From the NCBI GenBank assembly GCA_041644975.1, contig JBAZQX010000003.1, forward strand, positions 73,530 through 119,196: 45,667 nt of DNA, given 5' to 3'. Below the pieces are notes generated by a model. It saw nothing but the letters and a program-made list of their open reading frames with translations. It was not told where the DNA came from and made no database searches. Below are positions 24,117 through 34,567 of the stretch, piece after piece. Within the stretch, counting starts at the first letter, position 1, and each line of letters begins with the position of its first letter. Both the position numbers and the translations under genes were made by a program. This DNA comes from Candidatus Doudnabacteria bacterium (GTDB taxonomy: Bacteria > Patescibacteriota > JAQUNI01).

Positions 24117-24239
24117 CCGCCCGCCATCGCTTCGCCCGCCCGCAACGCCTTGCGGCTAGCATGGCGGGCGTGGCTTCAGGCGAGGCGGGCGGGCAATCGC
24201 CATTCAAGATAACCGTGATTTTAATCCACAAAGCTCTGT

Positions 24240-24533
24240 ATGCAAGAAAAGGAATTTTATATCTACATTATGACTAATAAATGGAGTACGGTATTTTATA
24301 CTGGTATTACTAATAATCTTGAAAGAAGAATTTTTGAACATAAAAACAAAATTTTTAAAGGATTTACAGCTAAATATGAAATTAATCGTCTGGTTTATTA
24401 TGAAACCTATGAAACAGCAGAAGAGGCGATCTTAAGAGAAAAACAAATTAAAGCCGGCTCAAGACAAAGGAAAATTGATCTGATTAAAAATGATAATCCC
24501 CATTTTGAGGATTTAGCTAGGGATTGGTATTAA
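24240..24533 (+). CDS. GIY-YIG domain nuclease
   Basis: FYIYIMTNKWSTVFYTGITNNLERRIFEHK...REKQIKAGSRQRKIDLI is the canonical small GIY-YIG (UPF0213-like) layout. Confidence 0.85.
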   Translation: MQEKEFYIYIMTNKWSTVFYTGITNNLERRIFEHKNKIFKGFTAKYEINRLVYYETYETAEEAILREKQIKAGSRQRKIDLIKNDNPHFEDLARDWY

Positions 24534-24554
24534 ACCACACTCTTCCTAGCGTGG

Positions 24555-24595
24555 CGATTGCTTCGTCGCTCCTTTTGGTCGCTCCTCGCAATGAC
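24555..24595 (-). repeat. Inverted copy of the CATTGCGAGGAG...GAAGCAATCGC unit (right flank of the GIY-YIG module)
   Basis: GCGATTGCTTCGTCGCTCCTTTTGGTCGCTCCTCGCAATGAC. A further copy at 24693-24734 overlaps the 3' end of the next CDS. Confidence 0.65.
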
Positions 24596-24683
24596 GATAC
24601 ATTTCGTAATTCGTAGAAAGTAGTAAATTTGAAGACTTGGAAGTGGATTGGTTTTAGAAAGCATCACATTTTCTAGGTTTGTG

Positions 24684-25973
24684 TTAATCTATGAGATTGC
24701 TTCGTCGCTCGCTCCACTCGCTCCTCGCAATGACAACAGCGACTAACACCCAAAACAGCGCCGATAAATCGTTTTTAAAATAAGGCGTATCCACGAGACC
24801 GTGTAAGAGCAACGCGATCATTGCCGCTAAAGCGTATTTCACTATGGGATTATCTTTCTTTCGCTCATCGCTACGCGAGATTTTCAGACAGCCTTGTTTG
24901 AAGAAGATAATGATGAGCCAGATAAAACTTGCTAAACCCAAAATACCCATCTCAATCCATAGAGCTAGATACAGATTGTGCGGCTTGACTACCAACCATT
25001 CCAGAGGCGGAAAAGCAACTCGCGGCACATATTCGCGGTAGGAGGCTTCAAAATTCCCCAATCCCACGCCCCAAAAAGGGTGTTCTTTTATAATAAGAAG
25101 TGAAGTCTGCCAAATTTCCGAACGGGTAGAAGAGGAGGTGCGGGTGCTAAAATCCAAAAGCCGGCCAAATTTGGGCGACTCGGACTCGCTAACGCTTACC
25201 AAAATTACAAGCAGAGTAAAAAGCAAGAGATATTTTAATCTTTTTATCGGGATTTTAATTCTAAACCAAAGGAAAATGAGAGCGCCGAACAATCCCAGCC
25301 AACCGCCATAAGATTTAGTGAAATAGAGAGCGAAAAGGATGGTAATAAGTAATAAGTAATAAGTAACGAGTAAAAATTTAGAATTGATTCTTTTCCAAAA
25401 TATCAAGGACAGAATTAGAATAGGGGCAATATACATCGCGACATAATTTGCCGGAATAAAAAACGAGTTCAACCGACCATCCGAATCAAGACCCACCCGA
25501 AAAATATACTCATAAAGCCCATAGATCGCAATGTAAGAGGCGGAAAGAAATAATGTGAGAACAACTACCTTAATCTCTCTTTTTCTTCTTATAAGATCCA
25601 AAAATAGAATTAAGACAAAAAGGGGATCAAGAAACCAACCCTTTAAAACCCCCAGGCTCAACCTTTTATCCGGGGAAATGACGGTCGCGAGAATCGCTGC
25701 CCCGAAAAACAAAGCTATAGGGATTAAAAAAGGACGGATGACGCGATAAACCCGCCTTATTTTTTTAACTAAATTTTTAGAAAAAATCGCTTTGAACAAC
25801 CAAACCAGAAAAACGAAATAAATGGATAGCTCTAAAAAAGTGGTAGGAACAGAAAAAATCTCTCCCCGAATTAAATAGGTAGGAAGTAAAAATAAAATCA
25901 AAAACAATCCCCAGCGGGTTTTAAATAAAGATATTATTAGAATAATCAACAGAAAGAGTACAAAAGATAGCAT
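24684..25973 (-). CDS. O-antigen ligase (Wzy_C/WaaL) family polytopic membrane protein
   Basis: Multi-TM protein with a loop HPFWGVGLGNFEASYREY...KPHNLYLALWIEMGILGL. The last roughly 14 codons run into a palindromic repeat. Confidence 0.75.
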   Translation of the reverse strand: MLSFVLFLLIILIISLFKTRWGLFLILFLLPTYLIRGEIFSVPTTFLELSIYFVFLVWLFKAIFSKNLVKKIRRVYRVIRPFLIPIALFFGAAILATVISPDKRLSLGVLKGWFLDPLFVLILFLDLIRRKREIKVVVLTLFLSASYIAIYGLYEYIFRVGLDSDGRLNSFFIPANYVAMYIAPILILSLIFWKRINSKFLLVTYYLLLITILFALYFTKSYGGWLGLFGALIFLWFRIKIPIKRLKYLLLFTLLVILVSVSESESPKFGRLLDFSTRTSSSTRSEIWQTSLLIIKEHPFWGVGLGNFEASYREYVPRVAFPPLEWLVVKPHNLYLALWIEMGILGLASFIWLIIIFFKQGCLKISRSDERKKDNPIVKYALAAMIALLLHGLVDTPYFKNDLSALFWVLVAVVIARSEWSERRSNLID

Positions 25974-26210
25974 AGATTCAATTTCTAATTGCTCTAATTG
26001 ACCTTATTAAGTAATTGTCACAAAGCGATCTTTAGACAAAGCAAATTTAACGGGGTGAACCTAATTAACCCAGAAAAATTAACCTAATTATTCTAATTGT
26101 TCTAATTATTCTAAATAATGACCAAATCCCAATTACCCAATGATCTAATTTGTGATGATTAATTTTGTTTATTGGGATTTGGGTATTGGGATTTATTTAG
26201 GTCAATTAGG
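25974..26210. repeat. Intergenic AATTAGAA-family palindromic repeat block
   Basis: TTCTAATTGCTCTAATTGACC...AAATAATGACCAAATCCCAATTACCCAATGA...TTGGGATTTGGGTATTGGGATTTATTTAGGTCAATTAGG. Confidence 0.7.
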
Positions 26211-27605
26211 TTAATTAGAATAATTAGAAATTTTATTCTCCTTATTTATCATTTCATGTAAATTTTGACTCCTCATAACCAACGCCAAAAATATCCAAAT
26301 CACTTCCATAAAATGCGGATACAAAAGACTATTGGTAAATTGGGAGTGAACAAGCATTCCGGATAACGCGCCAAGCATTCCTAAGCCCAAAGCCGCGGCG
26401 ACTTTATTATTGTTCTCCCTACGCCACGCCCTGAAACTTACCCAAAACATCGCGCCCAAAAGCCATAAATAAGCTAAAAAACCAAAAATTCCAGTCGTTA
26501 CCAAAATGGTCAAAAAAGAGGAATCACTGCCAAAATCGGAATGGCTCGCTTCGGATCCAATCTTGCCATATTCCGATTGGACATATTTAAAAGTGTTAAA
26601 ACCCACGCCCAAAAAAAGATGATCTTGGGCGATCTCCCAAGTCGCGAGCCAAGAAGCAATCCTGGCTTGCGCTGTCACGTCAACCTCGGTTGCCCCGGCT
26701 AATCTTGTTTGCAAACGATCCGAAACGCCAACCAAGATCAAAAGAGCCGCGAGACCTCCTAACAGCAACTTTTTGGACTTTAAAATGCCTAAAACCAAAA
26801 GCATCGCCAAAAAAGCCAAGAAGGCGCTGCGCGAATAGGTAAGGATCAGGGCGCCAAACAAAACCAGTCCTAAAATAGCCAAGAATAATCTGTGTTTGCG
26901 ATTTTGGGCAATCAGGAAAAAACTTAAAACAAAACTCAAAATAAAAACAAAAAAACCGCCCATAAAATTCGGGTCAAACCAAGTGGAAAGCAGGCGCTTT
27001 ACATGGGGATCCCACCCCGCTTTTGCCGCCATAGCGGAAAAATCAGGAACAAAAATGTATTGCAAAAAGCCCAAAATAGCCAAAATAAAGGAACAAACAA
27101 AAATCCAGGCAACATATTTTTTAACCCCCTTCGTGCCCCTTGCTACATCCAAGACGACATAAAACAACAAAGCATATTCCAAAAACCGCAGGTAGTAAAA
27201 ACTGGAAACTAAAGCCTCTTCCCAAGCAAGATTGCGAATACCCCAGATTAAAGAAATTAAAGCTATACCCAAAAAAAGAAAGAGAGGCGCGTCGAGGGGC
27301 GTGGATTGAATTTTAAAATCGCGCTTGACCAATTTTTCAAAAATCCAAAAAATAATCATTGCCGGAATAATCATGTCGTTGGGCAAGAAAAAGCTCTCCG
27401 TGCCAGGCAAAGGAATGCGCACTAATTGACCTAAAACTAAAGAAAAAATCACCAAGACTAAACCTAATTTTAAATCCAGAAAAATTAAAACACCCAGAAG
27501 CAAACCAAGGCAAGCCAAAAAGCCCAAAAGGGGATTGTAAGCTAATAGAAAAGAAACAGCTCCAGTAAATAAAAGAATGACTATAACTTTAGCAGGTTTA
27601 AACAT
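26211..27605 (-). CDS. O-antigen ligase family polytopic membrane protein (second paralog)
   Basis: Multi-TM protein with DHLFLGVGFNTFKY...SHSDFGSDSSFLTILVTTGIFGF. Confidence 0.75.
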   Translation of the reverse strand: MFKPAKVIVILLFTGAVSFLLAYNPLLGFLACLGLLLGVLIFLDLKLGLVLVIFSLVLGQLVRIPLPGTESFFLPNDMIIPAMIIFWIFEKLVKRDFKIQSTPLDAPLFLFLGIALISLIWGIRNLAWEEALVSSFYYLRFLEYALLFYVVLDVARGTKGVKKYVAWIFVCSFILAILGFLQYIFVPDFSAMAAKAGWDPHVKRLLSTWFDPNFMGGFFVFILSFVLSFFLIAQNRKHRLFLAILGLVLFGALILTYSRSAFLAFLAMLLVLGILKSKKLLLGGLAALLILVGVSDRLQTRLAGATEVDVTAQARIASWLATWEIAQDHLFLGVGFNTFKYVQSEYGKIGSEASHSDFGSDSSFLTILVTTGIFGFLAYLWLLGAMFWVSFRAWRRENNNKVAAALGLGMLGALSGMLVHSQFTNSLLYPHFMEVIWIFLALVMRSQNLHEMINKENKISNYSN

Positions 27606-27699
27606 AAAGAAAATTTCTAATTATTCTAATTATTCCTGATTTGGAGGTCGTGCGTCTGAAGATCTGGCGTAGCCATGAAAAGCGCGACACGAGTAATTG

Positions 27700-28815
27700 T
27701 CAGGCTCTCGCCTGACCTCCAATGGAAATTGTGACCCGCTCTAATATTTTTAGAATCTCCCTCGCTGTCTTCTCCCAACTAAACTTTTTTGCTCTCTCCC
27801 GCCCCAATCTAGCTAATCTAACCCTTAATTCCTGATCGGTCAATATCCGTTCGAGCATCCCAGCAATCTCCGCGACATCCTTAGGATTAACCAATAAAGC
27901 CGCTTGACCCGCCACTTCAGGCAGAGAAGAAATATTGCTTGTGATTACAGGGATGCCGCAAGCCATTGCTTCCAAAGGAGGCAAACCAAAACCTTCATAT
28001 AGAGAAGGATAGACAAAAACAGTGGCTAAATGGTAAAGGGCAATGAGATCTCTTCTCTCAATATAGCCCAAAAAGCGCACATACTGCTCAAGATTTAATT
28101 GTCGGACCCTCTGGAAAATCTCCTTATAATACCAACCTTCCTTACCCGCGATTACTAAGCCATATTCTTCTTTGAAGGACAATCTCTGGTAAGCCTCTAT
28201 TAAACGAACGAGATTTTTTCTCGGCTCCAGGGTGCCCGCGAAAAGAATGAACTCTGAGGGTAAATTATATTTCTGCTTCACTTCCGCTAAAAAAGAAGGC
28301 GATTTTTGCCGACATTGATTCGCGGCTAAATAAACCACATCTATTTTGGAAGAGGGAAGGGAAAACAATCTTTGCAGGTCTCTTTTGGTAGCATCAGAAA
28401 TCGCAATCACCCTCTGGCTTTGGCTAAGCGCTCTTTTTAAAAAACATCTCTCCAAAAAAACCGCCTTGGGATTATGCTTTCGAGGGAACAAAAAGGCAAC
28501 CAAGTCAGGAACGAACACAACCGAGTTTTTAATCCCTAAAGCGGGAATGATGTAACTAACTAGCGCTAAATAAACATCGGGTTTTAAAATCCATTTCAGA
28601 TCCAGCCAAACAAAAAAGTGCCATAGAATACCCGGCAATCCCACTCTTCTCGGCTTGAAATTGGCGCCAAAGCGACAAGGGAACTTTTCTCTGGAATATA
28701 AAAAATATTGATTCTTGGAATCAATCTTCGCTAAATGCTTAATTATTTGATAACTATATTCTCCCTTGCCCGCCCGCGCCCCCACAATCGCACGGGCATC
28801 TATCGCGATACGCAT
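27700..28815 (-). CDS. Glycosyltransferase family 4 (GT-B)
   Basis: [11 protein letters not shown]...[35 protein letters not shown] (EX7E region). Confidence 0.85.
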   Translation of the reverse strand: MRIAIDARAIVGARAGKGEYSYQIIKHLAKIDSKNQYFLYSREKFPCRFGANFKPRRVGLPGILWHFFVWLDLKWILKPDVYLALVSYIIPALGIKNSVVFVPDLVAFLFPRKHNPKAVFLERCFLKRALSQSQRVIAISDATKRDLQRLFSLPSSKIDVVYLAANQCRQKSPSFLAEVKQKYNLPSEFILFAGTLEPRKNLVRLIEAYQRLSFKEEYGLVIAGKEGWYYKEIFQRVRQLNLEQYVRFLGYIERRDLIALYHLATVFVYPSLYEGFGLPPLEAMACGIPVITSNISSLPEVAGQAALLVNPKDVAEIAGMLERILTDQELRVRLARLGRERAKKFSWEKTAREILKILERVTISIGGQARA

Positions 28816-29073
28816 ATTGTGAATAATTTAGTAAACCTTAAATTACTAAATGCATCGTCTGTTAGCGAGGGATTTTTCCTCCCCTTACCAAGGGGAGGCG
28901 GGGAGGGGTCTAATTTATATCTAGATGTTTATAGCTAGATGACCATTCTCCCTCCCCCTCCATCTCCCCCTCGGGCAGGGGGAGTGTAATCAGGTTTCTC
29001 GCTAATAGACAGAATAAATTTCGTAACACAAGGTAGTAAACGATAAAAATTGCTAATTACTGATTACCGAATA

Positions 29074-29982
29074 CTAACTACCGCTTACCCTTTTATAACG
29101 CGCAAAACCTTTGAACTTACCTCGCACCCGCTGCCAATATTCCCGCTCGATGAGAGTAAGCAGACTGTAAATGAAAATCTGCCAAGCCTGGCAAGCGAAG
29201 AAGGCGACAAAAGTAAAAATATTTTGAAAAGCAATATTTTTTAAGCCAAAATAAACCTCATTGGCTTTTAAGTTCTTCACTGCTTCAAGGGGAGCGAGGC
29301 GCCCCCCTGGAGAATAGGAATGAACGACAAAAGCCTGACCATTGTAAAAAACTTTCCCTCCTATTTGCTTAATCCGGAAGCATAAATCCGGCTCTTCCAA
29401 ATTGGGACCTGGCAAAAAGTTTTTCTCAAACCCTCCCACCTTTTCAAAATAAGAGCTTCGCACCGCAAGGTTGCCAGCGCCGCCCCAATCGCAAAAGCCT
29501 TGGGTAGAAAGGGAGAGACGCGCGTCCACGCGACCATTAAAATAAATCGTGCCGCCTGCTCTTTTGCGACATAACAAATAAAACGGATAAAAAGGTAAAT
29601 TTAAGATTATATCAGAAAATGTACCCTGTTTGTTTCGCAAACGTTTCTCCACAATTTTACCCGCGACAACCGCTATCTCTCTATTTTTGAAAGGTTTCAC
29701 GATCTCCGCAAGCCAATGAGGAGAGGGGACACAGTCGTCATCTAAAAAAGCTAATACTTCCCCTCGCGCTATCCTCGCTCCCGCGTTTTTAGCCATTCCA
29801 GGACCAATCCTCCCTGGGGTTCTAATCACTTTAATTCCTTGAAGCTTATTTGGCGCCCCGGCGCAACTGTCATTAACAATAATAATCTCCCTAGGTTTCA
29901 AGGTTTGCCTTTTTAAACCCTCTAAACACAGGGTAAGTTCGCGCGTCCTGCCGCAAGTAGGAATAATAACCGAGATTTGCAT
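29074..29982 (-). CDS. Glycosyltransferase family 2
   Basis: ISVIIPTCGR...IIIVNDSC...VLAFLDDDCVP (DxD). Confidence 0.85.
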   Translation of the reverse strand: MQISVIIPTCGRTRELTLCLEGLKRQTLKPREIIIVNDSCAGAPNKLQGIKVIRTPGRIGPGMAKNAGARIARGEVLAFLDDDCVPSPHWLAEIVKPFKNREIAVVAGKIVEKRLRNKQGTFSDIILNLPFYPFYLLCRKRAGGTIYFNGRVDARLSLSTQGFCDWGGAGNLAVRSSYFEKVGGFEKNFLPGPNLEEPDLCFRIKQIGGKVFYNGQAFVVHSYSPGGRLAPLEAVKNLKANEVYFGLKNIAFQNIFTFVAFFACQAWQIFIYSLLTLIEREYWQRVRGKFKGFARYKRVSGS

Positions 29983-31436
29983 TATTTTTTAATACTCAAA
30001 GATTCTTTGAGGATATCTTTAGGCAAGCCGCCAATTAGATACAGCACCGCCAGGTAAAGCGCCGCGCCGCAAACAAACCGTACCGCGAAATTCCAAGAGG
30101 GAAATAAGATGAAAAACAAAAAAAGTACCGCGCCTGCCAATATACTCCGCCCCAAAATTCCTTTCTTCCAGGATAAATAATAGGACTTTCTGACAAGATA
30201 AAAACTCCAAATCAAAATTAAAAGTTCCACTAAAACCGTAGTCACCGCCGCCCCGATGTAAGAAAAAAGGGGAATCAGGATTAAATCCAGGGAGACTGCG
30301 AAAATGGCGCCCACTAAATATCCCCAAATCATCTTCTTTTGCTGATCCAGCGCCACAATAAGGTGAGACGGCAAAGCGGCAAGAAAAATAATCCCAATGG
30401 CGACGCTTAAAATCTGGAGCACTCTTATGGAAGGATCAAAGTCGGGACCAGAGATAATATGGATCATTTGAGGCGCGAAGAAAAAGATACAGATGGCAAG
30501 GGGCACCGTGCCCACAATCAAAAAATCAAAGCTTTTCTGGAAAATACGCTGGAAACGCGCGGGGTCGCTGCGGCGGTATAAAGCAAACTGCGGCAGAACC
30601 AAACTGCAAAACAGAATCGGGAAAGCAATTAAAAGCTCTAAAATTTTGTAAGCCGCGCCGTAAATTCCCACATCCGCCTCGGGTTTTAAAAGAGACAGAA
30701 TAATCGTGTCAAATTTAAAATAAACCAGGTTAAAAACCATAGAAAGAGCGAGAGGCCAAGAACGGTGAAAAATATATTTCCAAACCTTAAAATCAGTCTG
30801 AAAGCGAATTTTAGCGTAGGGTAGAGTAAATAAATAAACCAAAAGCGACTGCACAAGATTGCCCCAAGCCACCGCCCAAACAATATTTAATAACCCTTTT
30901 GCTTTCCAAACTGACCACAAAACCAGCCCCAGAGTCAGGAGACGCCCTGAAATCTCCGCCAAAACTAGCTTTGAAGTTTTTAATTCACGGAAAAATAAAC
31001 CGTCAAAAACATGGCGGAAAGAAAGGAGAAAAAAAGCAAAACAATCTACGGCAATGGCTTGCTTCACAAGCGCGGGGTAAGGCATTAAAAAACCCACCAA
31101 AGCTCCTAAACCTAAAATAGCCGCCGAAGTGAATATTCTCAAAGAGAAGGCGTTAGATAAAAATTTATTTAAGTTTAAATTTTTCTTGCCAATTTCATTG
31201 GTAACAACCAAAGAAATACCCATACCGGCAATAGTGGAAAAAAAACCGGAAAAAGCCATTACGGTCGTATATTGACCAAATCCCGCACGGCCAAGGTACC
31301 GCGCTGTTGCCGCGATTACTCCAAAACCGATGAAAGCCGAGAGCACTCGGCCCACAGATTGCACTAAAGTATTGTAAGCAATTTTGCGTGTTAGAGACAT
31401 ATTGGAAAAAACTCTTCTAGTTGACGTAACGTCCAA
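29982..31436 (-). CDS. Polysaccharide flippase (Wzx / MOP superfamily)
   Basis: About 14 TM segments with the typical N-terminus KIAYNTLVQSVGRVLSAFIGF. The stop overlaps the GT2 start by 1 nt (TAATG). An alternative start is M13, at about 31400. Confidence 0.75.
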   Translation of the reverse strand: MDVTSTRRVFSNMSLTRKIAYNTLVQSVGRVLSAFIGFGVIAATARYLGRAGFGQYTTVMAFSGFFSTIAGMGISLVVTNEIGKKNLNLNKFLSNAFSLRIFTSAAILGLGALVGFLMPYPALVKQAIAVDCFAFFLLSFRHVFDGLFFRELKTSKLVLAEISGRLLTLGLVLWSVWKAKGLLNIVWAVAWGNLVQSLLVYLFTLPYAKIRFQTDFKVWKYIFHRSWPLALSMVFNLVYFKFDTIILSLLKPEADVGIYGAAYKILELLIAFPILFCSLVLPQFALYRRSDPARFQRIFQKSFDFLIVGTVPLAICIFFFAPQMIHIISGPDFDPSIRVLQILSVAIGIIFLAALPSHLIVALDQQKKMIWGYLVGAIFAVSLDLILIPLFSYIGAAVTTVLVELLILIWSFYLVRKSYYLSWKKGILGRSILAGAVLFLFFILFPSWNFAVRFVCGAALYLAVLYLIGGLPKDILKESLSIKK

Positions 31437-31561
31437 ATATTACTATATTCTAGCCAAAAAAACAATAGAAGAGATAATTAAGGCATATTAAAAAGACCCC
31501 CTACGGAGTCAAAAAAATAGTCTGCCCTACGCGATGTGATAACTTCATCATCTATGTTAAA

Positions 31562-32101
31562 TTATCCTTCCGCTGCCGCCGCTCCGGCAGGTAAAACCTC
31601 TCTTTTTTTCTGCCAAATTTTAAAACCTTTCTTTATCGGCAGTACGTTATCCCGAACGATCACTGCCTCTTTTTTTAGAGCGACTACCTGGTCCTTATGA
31701 ATAATAAGCTGTCCCTTAAGCATATTGGCAAGCAAACCTGTTTTCACATAATATTTGACCACTTGACCATCAAGATCATCAAACTCAAAATCCCTAATTT
31801 CACCCAGGATATCGCCGCTCTCCGTCACGGCTTGATTTTTTAAGATTGCAAATTTCTCTCGGTCTAACGCTAAAACATGGGCATCCTTCTCAATTGGCGC
31901 AATAGCATTAGAAAAAGCCGCAATTTCATTATCCGCGAGATTTTTAATATTAGAGAACAAAACATATCTCTCTTCATTAATCTTGAAAGCGTATATTCTT
32001 CCTGTTTCCCTGACAATAAAAAAGCCCTTGACTATTCCTTCAAAGGGTCCCGCAGAGTCTTTAATCTTTCGGTTCAAAATTTTTTGGGCGGATAAAAGCA
32101 T
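31562..32101 (-). CDS. Probable PRC-barrel domain protein (two repeats)
   Basis: Two segments of the type ....V.d..G..lG.I.df.fd...g.V..y.V (AVTESGDILGEIRDFEFDDLDGQVVKYYV). Confidence 0.45.
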   Translation of the reverse strand: MLLSAQKILNRKIKDSAGPFEGIVKGFFIVRETGRIYAFKINEERYVLFSNIKNLADNEIAAFSNAIAPIEKDAHVLALDREKFAILKNQAVTESGDILGEIRDFEFDDLDGQVVKYYVKTGLLANMLKGQLIIHKDQVVALKKEAVIVRDNVLPIKKGFKIWQKKREVLPAGAAAAEG

Positions 32102-32313
32102 AATAAAAAAATTAACCTAATTATTCTAATTAACCTAATTGACCTAAATAAATCCTCCATCCTCCGTAGCAGTAGCTACTGCTACTGCGGAGGACGGGCA
32201 ATACCCAAATCCCAATGAACAAAATCAATTATCAAGTAAGAATTATTGGGTAATTCAAGATTTGGTCATTATTTAGAATAATTAGAGCAATTAGAATAAT
32301 TAAAAATTCTCCC
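32102..32313. repeat. Intergenic AATTAGAA-family palindromic repeat block
   Basis: It contains the hairpin CCTCCGTAGCAGTAGC/TACTGCTACTGCGGAGG and the arms CAATACCCAAATCCCAATGA / TGGTCATTATTTAGAATAATTAG. Confidence 0.65.
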
Positions 32314-32856
32314 TTACTCTTCTTTCGGCTTGATTATCACGCGTCTTTCTTCTTGTTCACCTTCGCTTTCTGTACTCACCTCCTCGCTACTTGCTAAGAA
32401 AAGATGAATAATTCTGCGCTCATAAGCAGGCATTGCTTCTAAAATAAGGGGTTTTTTAGTTTTAGCCACTCGCTCCGCAGAAACCTGGGCTAGTTTTTGA
32501 AGATAAACCATCCGATTCTCCCTATATTTATTCACATCTAAGATAAAATTGACAATTTGATTAACCTTGCGCCTCACCGCCAATCTCAATAAGTGCTGCA
32601 ATGCGTTTAAATTAGAACCTCGCTGTCCAATTAAAAGATTGGGGTTCTCCTTATTCTCAATGCTAACCCAGATTATCTCCTCATTGTCCTGATCCACAAT
32701 TTTTGCCCTCACTTTGCCAGAGAGGGACATCTTTTCCAGCATCCCCTCTGTAAGCCCACAAATCACTTCAATAATTTGGGGGTGATTCACCTTTGGATGA
32801 GAACTTTCTAATGCTTCTTTTTGCATATTTTTGGCATTAACCTTGATAGAACACAC
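32314..32856 (-). CDS. jag: Jag/KhpB-like RNA-binding protein (KH + R3H domains)
   Basis: LLIGQRGSNLNALQHLL (KH GXXG) and ERRIIHLFL (R3H). It sits downstream of yidC, as in many bacteria. Confidence 0.8.
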   Translation of the reverse strand: MCSIKVNAKNMQKEALESSHPKVNHPQIIEVICGLTEGMLEKMSLSGKVRAKIVDQDNEEIIWVSIENKENPNLLIGQRGSNLNALQHLLRLAVRRKVNQIVNFILDVNKYRENRMVYLQKLAQVSAERVAKTKKPLILEAMPAYERRIIHLFLASSEEVSTESEGEQEERRVIIKPKEE

Positions 32857-32883
32857 GAAATTATTTAAAAAGCAAGAAATATC

Positions 32884-33633
32884 TTAAGAAATGGGGGATG
32901 ACTCTTTATCTTTATCTGGATCCTTTCTCATCACCAACCACTGTTGAACAATGGAAAACAAAGTCGTCGCTACCCAATAGAGGGAAAGACCCGCGGGAAA
33001 GCTTAAGGCAATGAAAATAGTTAAGACGGGCATAATATAAACCATCTGGCTGGTCATATTGGCGGCAATAGCGCTAAAATCATTACCGCTCGCCCGCGCC
33101 GCGGGCTTCTTTTTTTTCATCAGCATCCTTGACTGCCAGAATTGGGTCACGCCTGCTAAAATCGCTAAATAAACGTTCCTCGCTCCTAAATCTAAAAAGT
33201 TCAAAAAGTAGGGATCTAGCTTACCCGGATTATGGACAAAAGAATATAAAAGTTTAAGCACCTCCGGGTTGTTAAGACCATCCCTTAAAACCTGATAAAT
33301 CGCGATTAAAAATGGAAATTGAATCAAAATGGGCAGACAAGAAGAAAGGGGATTGATTTTATTCTTGCGGTAAAATTCCATAGTGGCTCGACTCATTCCT
33401 TCTTTGTCGTTTTGATACTGCTTTTTGATTTTCTCAAGCTCCGGCTGTAAATCCTGCAAGGCTTTTTGCGATTTAACGGATTTCGCGGACAAAGGATAGA
33501 GGATGAATCTCAAAATAACGGTCAAAACAATAATCGCGATACCCAAATCATGGCCTGGAATAATATTATAAAAAAACACCAGCAGATTAAGAAGGGGTTG
33601 ATAAAGAAGAGTACGAAACAAATCGCCGAGCAT
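32884..33633 (-). CDS. yidC: Membrane protein insertase YidC (short form)
   Basis: GIAIIVLTVILRFILYPLSAKSVKSQKALQDLQPELEKIKKQY...NPLSSCLPILIQFPFLIAIY. Confidence 0.9.
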   Translation of the reverse strand: MLGDLFRTLLYQPLLNLLVFFYNIIPGHDLGIAIIVLTVILRFILYPLSAKSVKSQKALQDLQPELEKIKKQYQNDKEGMSRATMEFYRKNKINPLSSCLPILIQFPFLIAIYQVLRDGLNNPEVLKLLYSFVHNPGKLDPYFLNFLDLGARNVYLAILAGVTQFWQSRMLMKKKKPAARASGNDFSAIAANMTSQMVYIMPVLTIFIALSFPAGLSLYWVATTLFSIVQQWLVMRKDPDKDKESSPIS

Positions 33634-33666
33634 AATTTGGAATTATGAATTATGAATAGATAAGAG

Positions 33667-33900
33667 TTATCGCACGGGGTCGTAACCACCCTTGCTCCAC
33701 GGATGGCAACGCATAACCCTTTTTAGAGCAAGCCACGATCCGCGCAAAACGCCAAATCTTTGGATAGACTTAAAACCGTATTCAGAACAAGTAGGAATAA
33801 AACGGCAAAAGCCATAAGGATGGCGAAAGGCCGGAAAACCGTGATCCGGAGAGAGGGTGATTTGATATAAACGGATGATCTTTAAAAGAAGAAAACGCAT
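33667..33900 (-). CDS. yidD: Membrane protein insertion efficiency factor YidD
   Basis: YQITLSP....[37 protein letters not shown]. Confidence 0.9.
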   Translation of the reverse strand: MRFLLLKIIRLYQITLSPDHGFPAFRHPYGFCRFIPTCSEYGFKSIQRFGVLRGSWLALKRVMRCHPWSKGGYDPVR

Positions 33901-34082
33901 AGCTAATTCAATTGCTAATTAACCATTTCGCACCTTGGAGGTCAGGCGAGAGCCTGACAATTACTCGTGTCAAGCTTTCGCCCTTCCAGGACCTTCGGCT
34001 TGACCTCCAAATACAGACTTTTATTTACCTGCCCGCTAACTTAAGCGGGCGGGGAAGTCAAATTTATTAGGAATTAGAAATT

Positions 34083-34421
34083 TTAAATCATCTTTGCCTG
34101 ACGCAATAATAATTCCATCGCCTCTTTAATCTCCTCAAACTTTTTGCCAATTATCACTGGTTGCGCAATAATGACCACATCGCATCCACCTTGTAAATGA
34201 TTTAAAAAAAACTTAACCGCCTCGCTCATTCTTCTTTTAATTAAATTGCGGCCGGTTGCTTTTTTAACCAATTTTTTAGAAACCACAAAGCCAAATCTCA
34301 CTACACCACGATCATTTTTGACTATTTTAGCAATGAAAAACTCAGATCTTAAACCCCAACCTTGCCTGAAAACATAATTAAAGTCTTTTTTATCCGTCAA
34401 ACGATGTTCTTTAGGCAACAT
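34083..34421 (-). CDS. rnpA: Ribonuclease P protein component
   Basis: LPKEHRLTDKKDFNYVF...RFGFVVSKKLVKKATGRNLIKRRM. Position is between rpmH and yidD. Confidence 0.85.
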   Translation of the reverse strand: MLPKEHRLTDKKDFNYVFRQGWGLRSEFFIAKIVKNDRGVVRFGFVVSKKLVKKATGRNLIKRRMSEAVKFFLNHLQGGCDVVIIAQPVIIGKKFEEIKEAMELLLRQAKMI

Positions 34422-34432
34422 ACGATTTACCT

Positions 34433-34567
34433 CTATTTACTCAATATTTTCCTGCCCTTACGGCGTCTGCGAGCCAATAAATTGCGGCCGGCGCTAGTTT
34501 GCATTCTTTTCCGAAACCCATGGACTCTCTTTCTCTTTTTTACTTTAGGCTGATAAGTTCTTTTCAT
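34433..34567 (-). CDS. rpmH: 50S ribosomal protein L34
   Basis: [44 protein letters not shown] (44 aa). The longer ORF-track start at 34669 is an upstream extension. Confidence 0.9.
   Translation of the reverse strand: MKRTYQPKVKKRKRVHGFRKRMQTSAGRNLLARRRRKGRKILSK

Noticed and set aside
23813-24277. A 154-aa ORF.
   Set aside because: It runs across tRNA-Leu and three palindromic repeat families, and its composition is repeat-derived (PSTSPSGPL, GEAGG).
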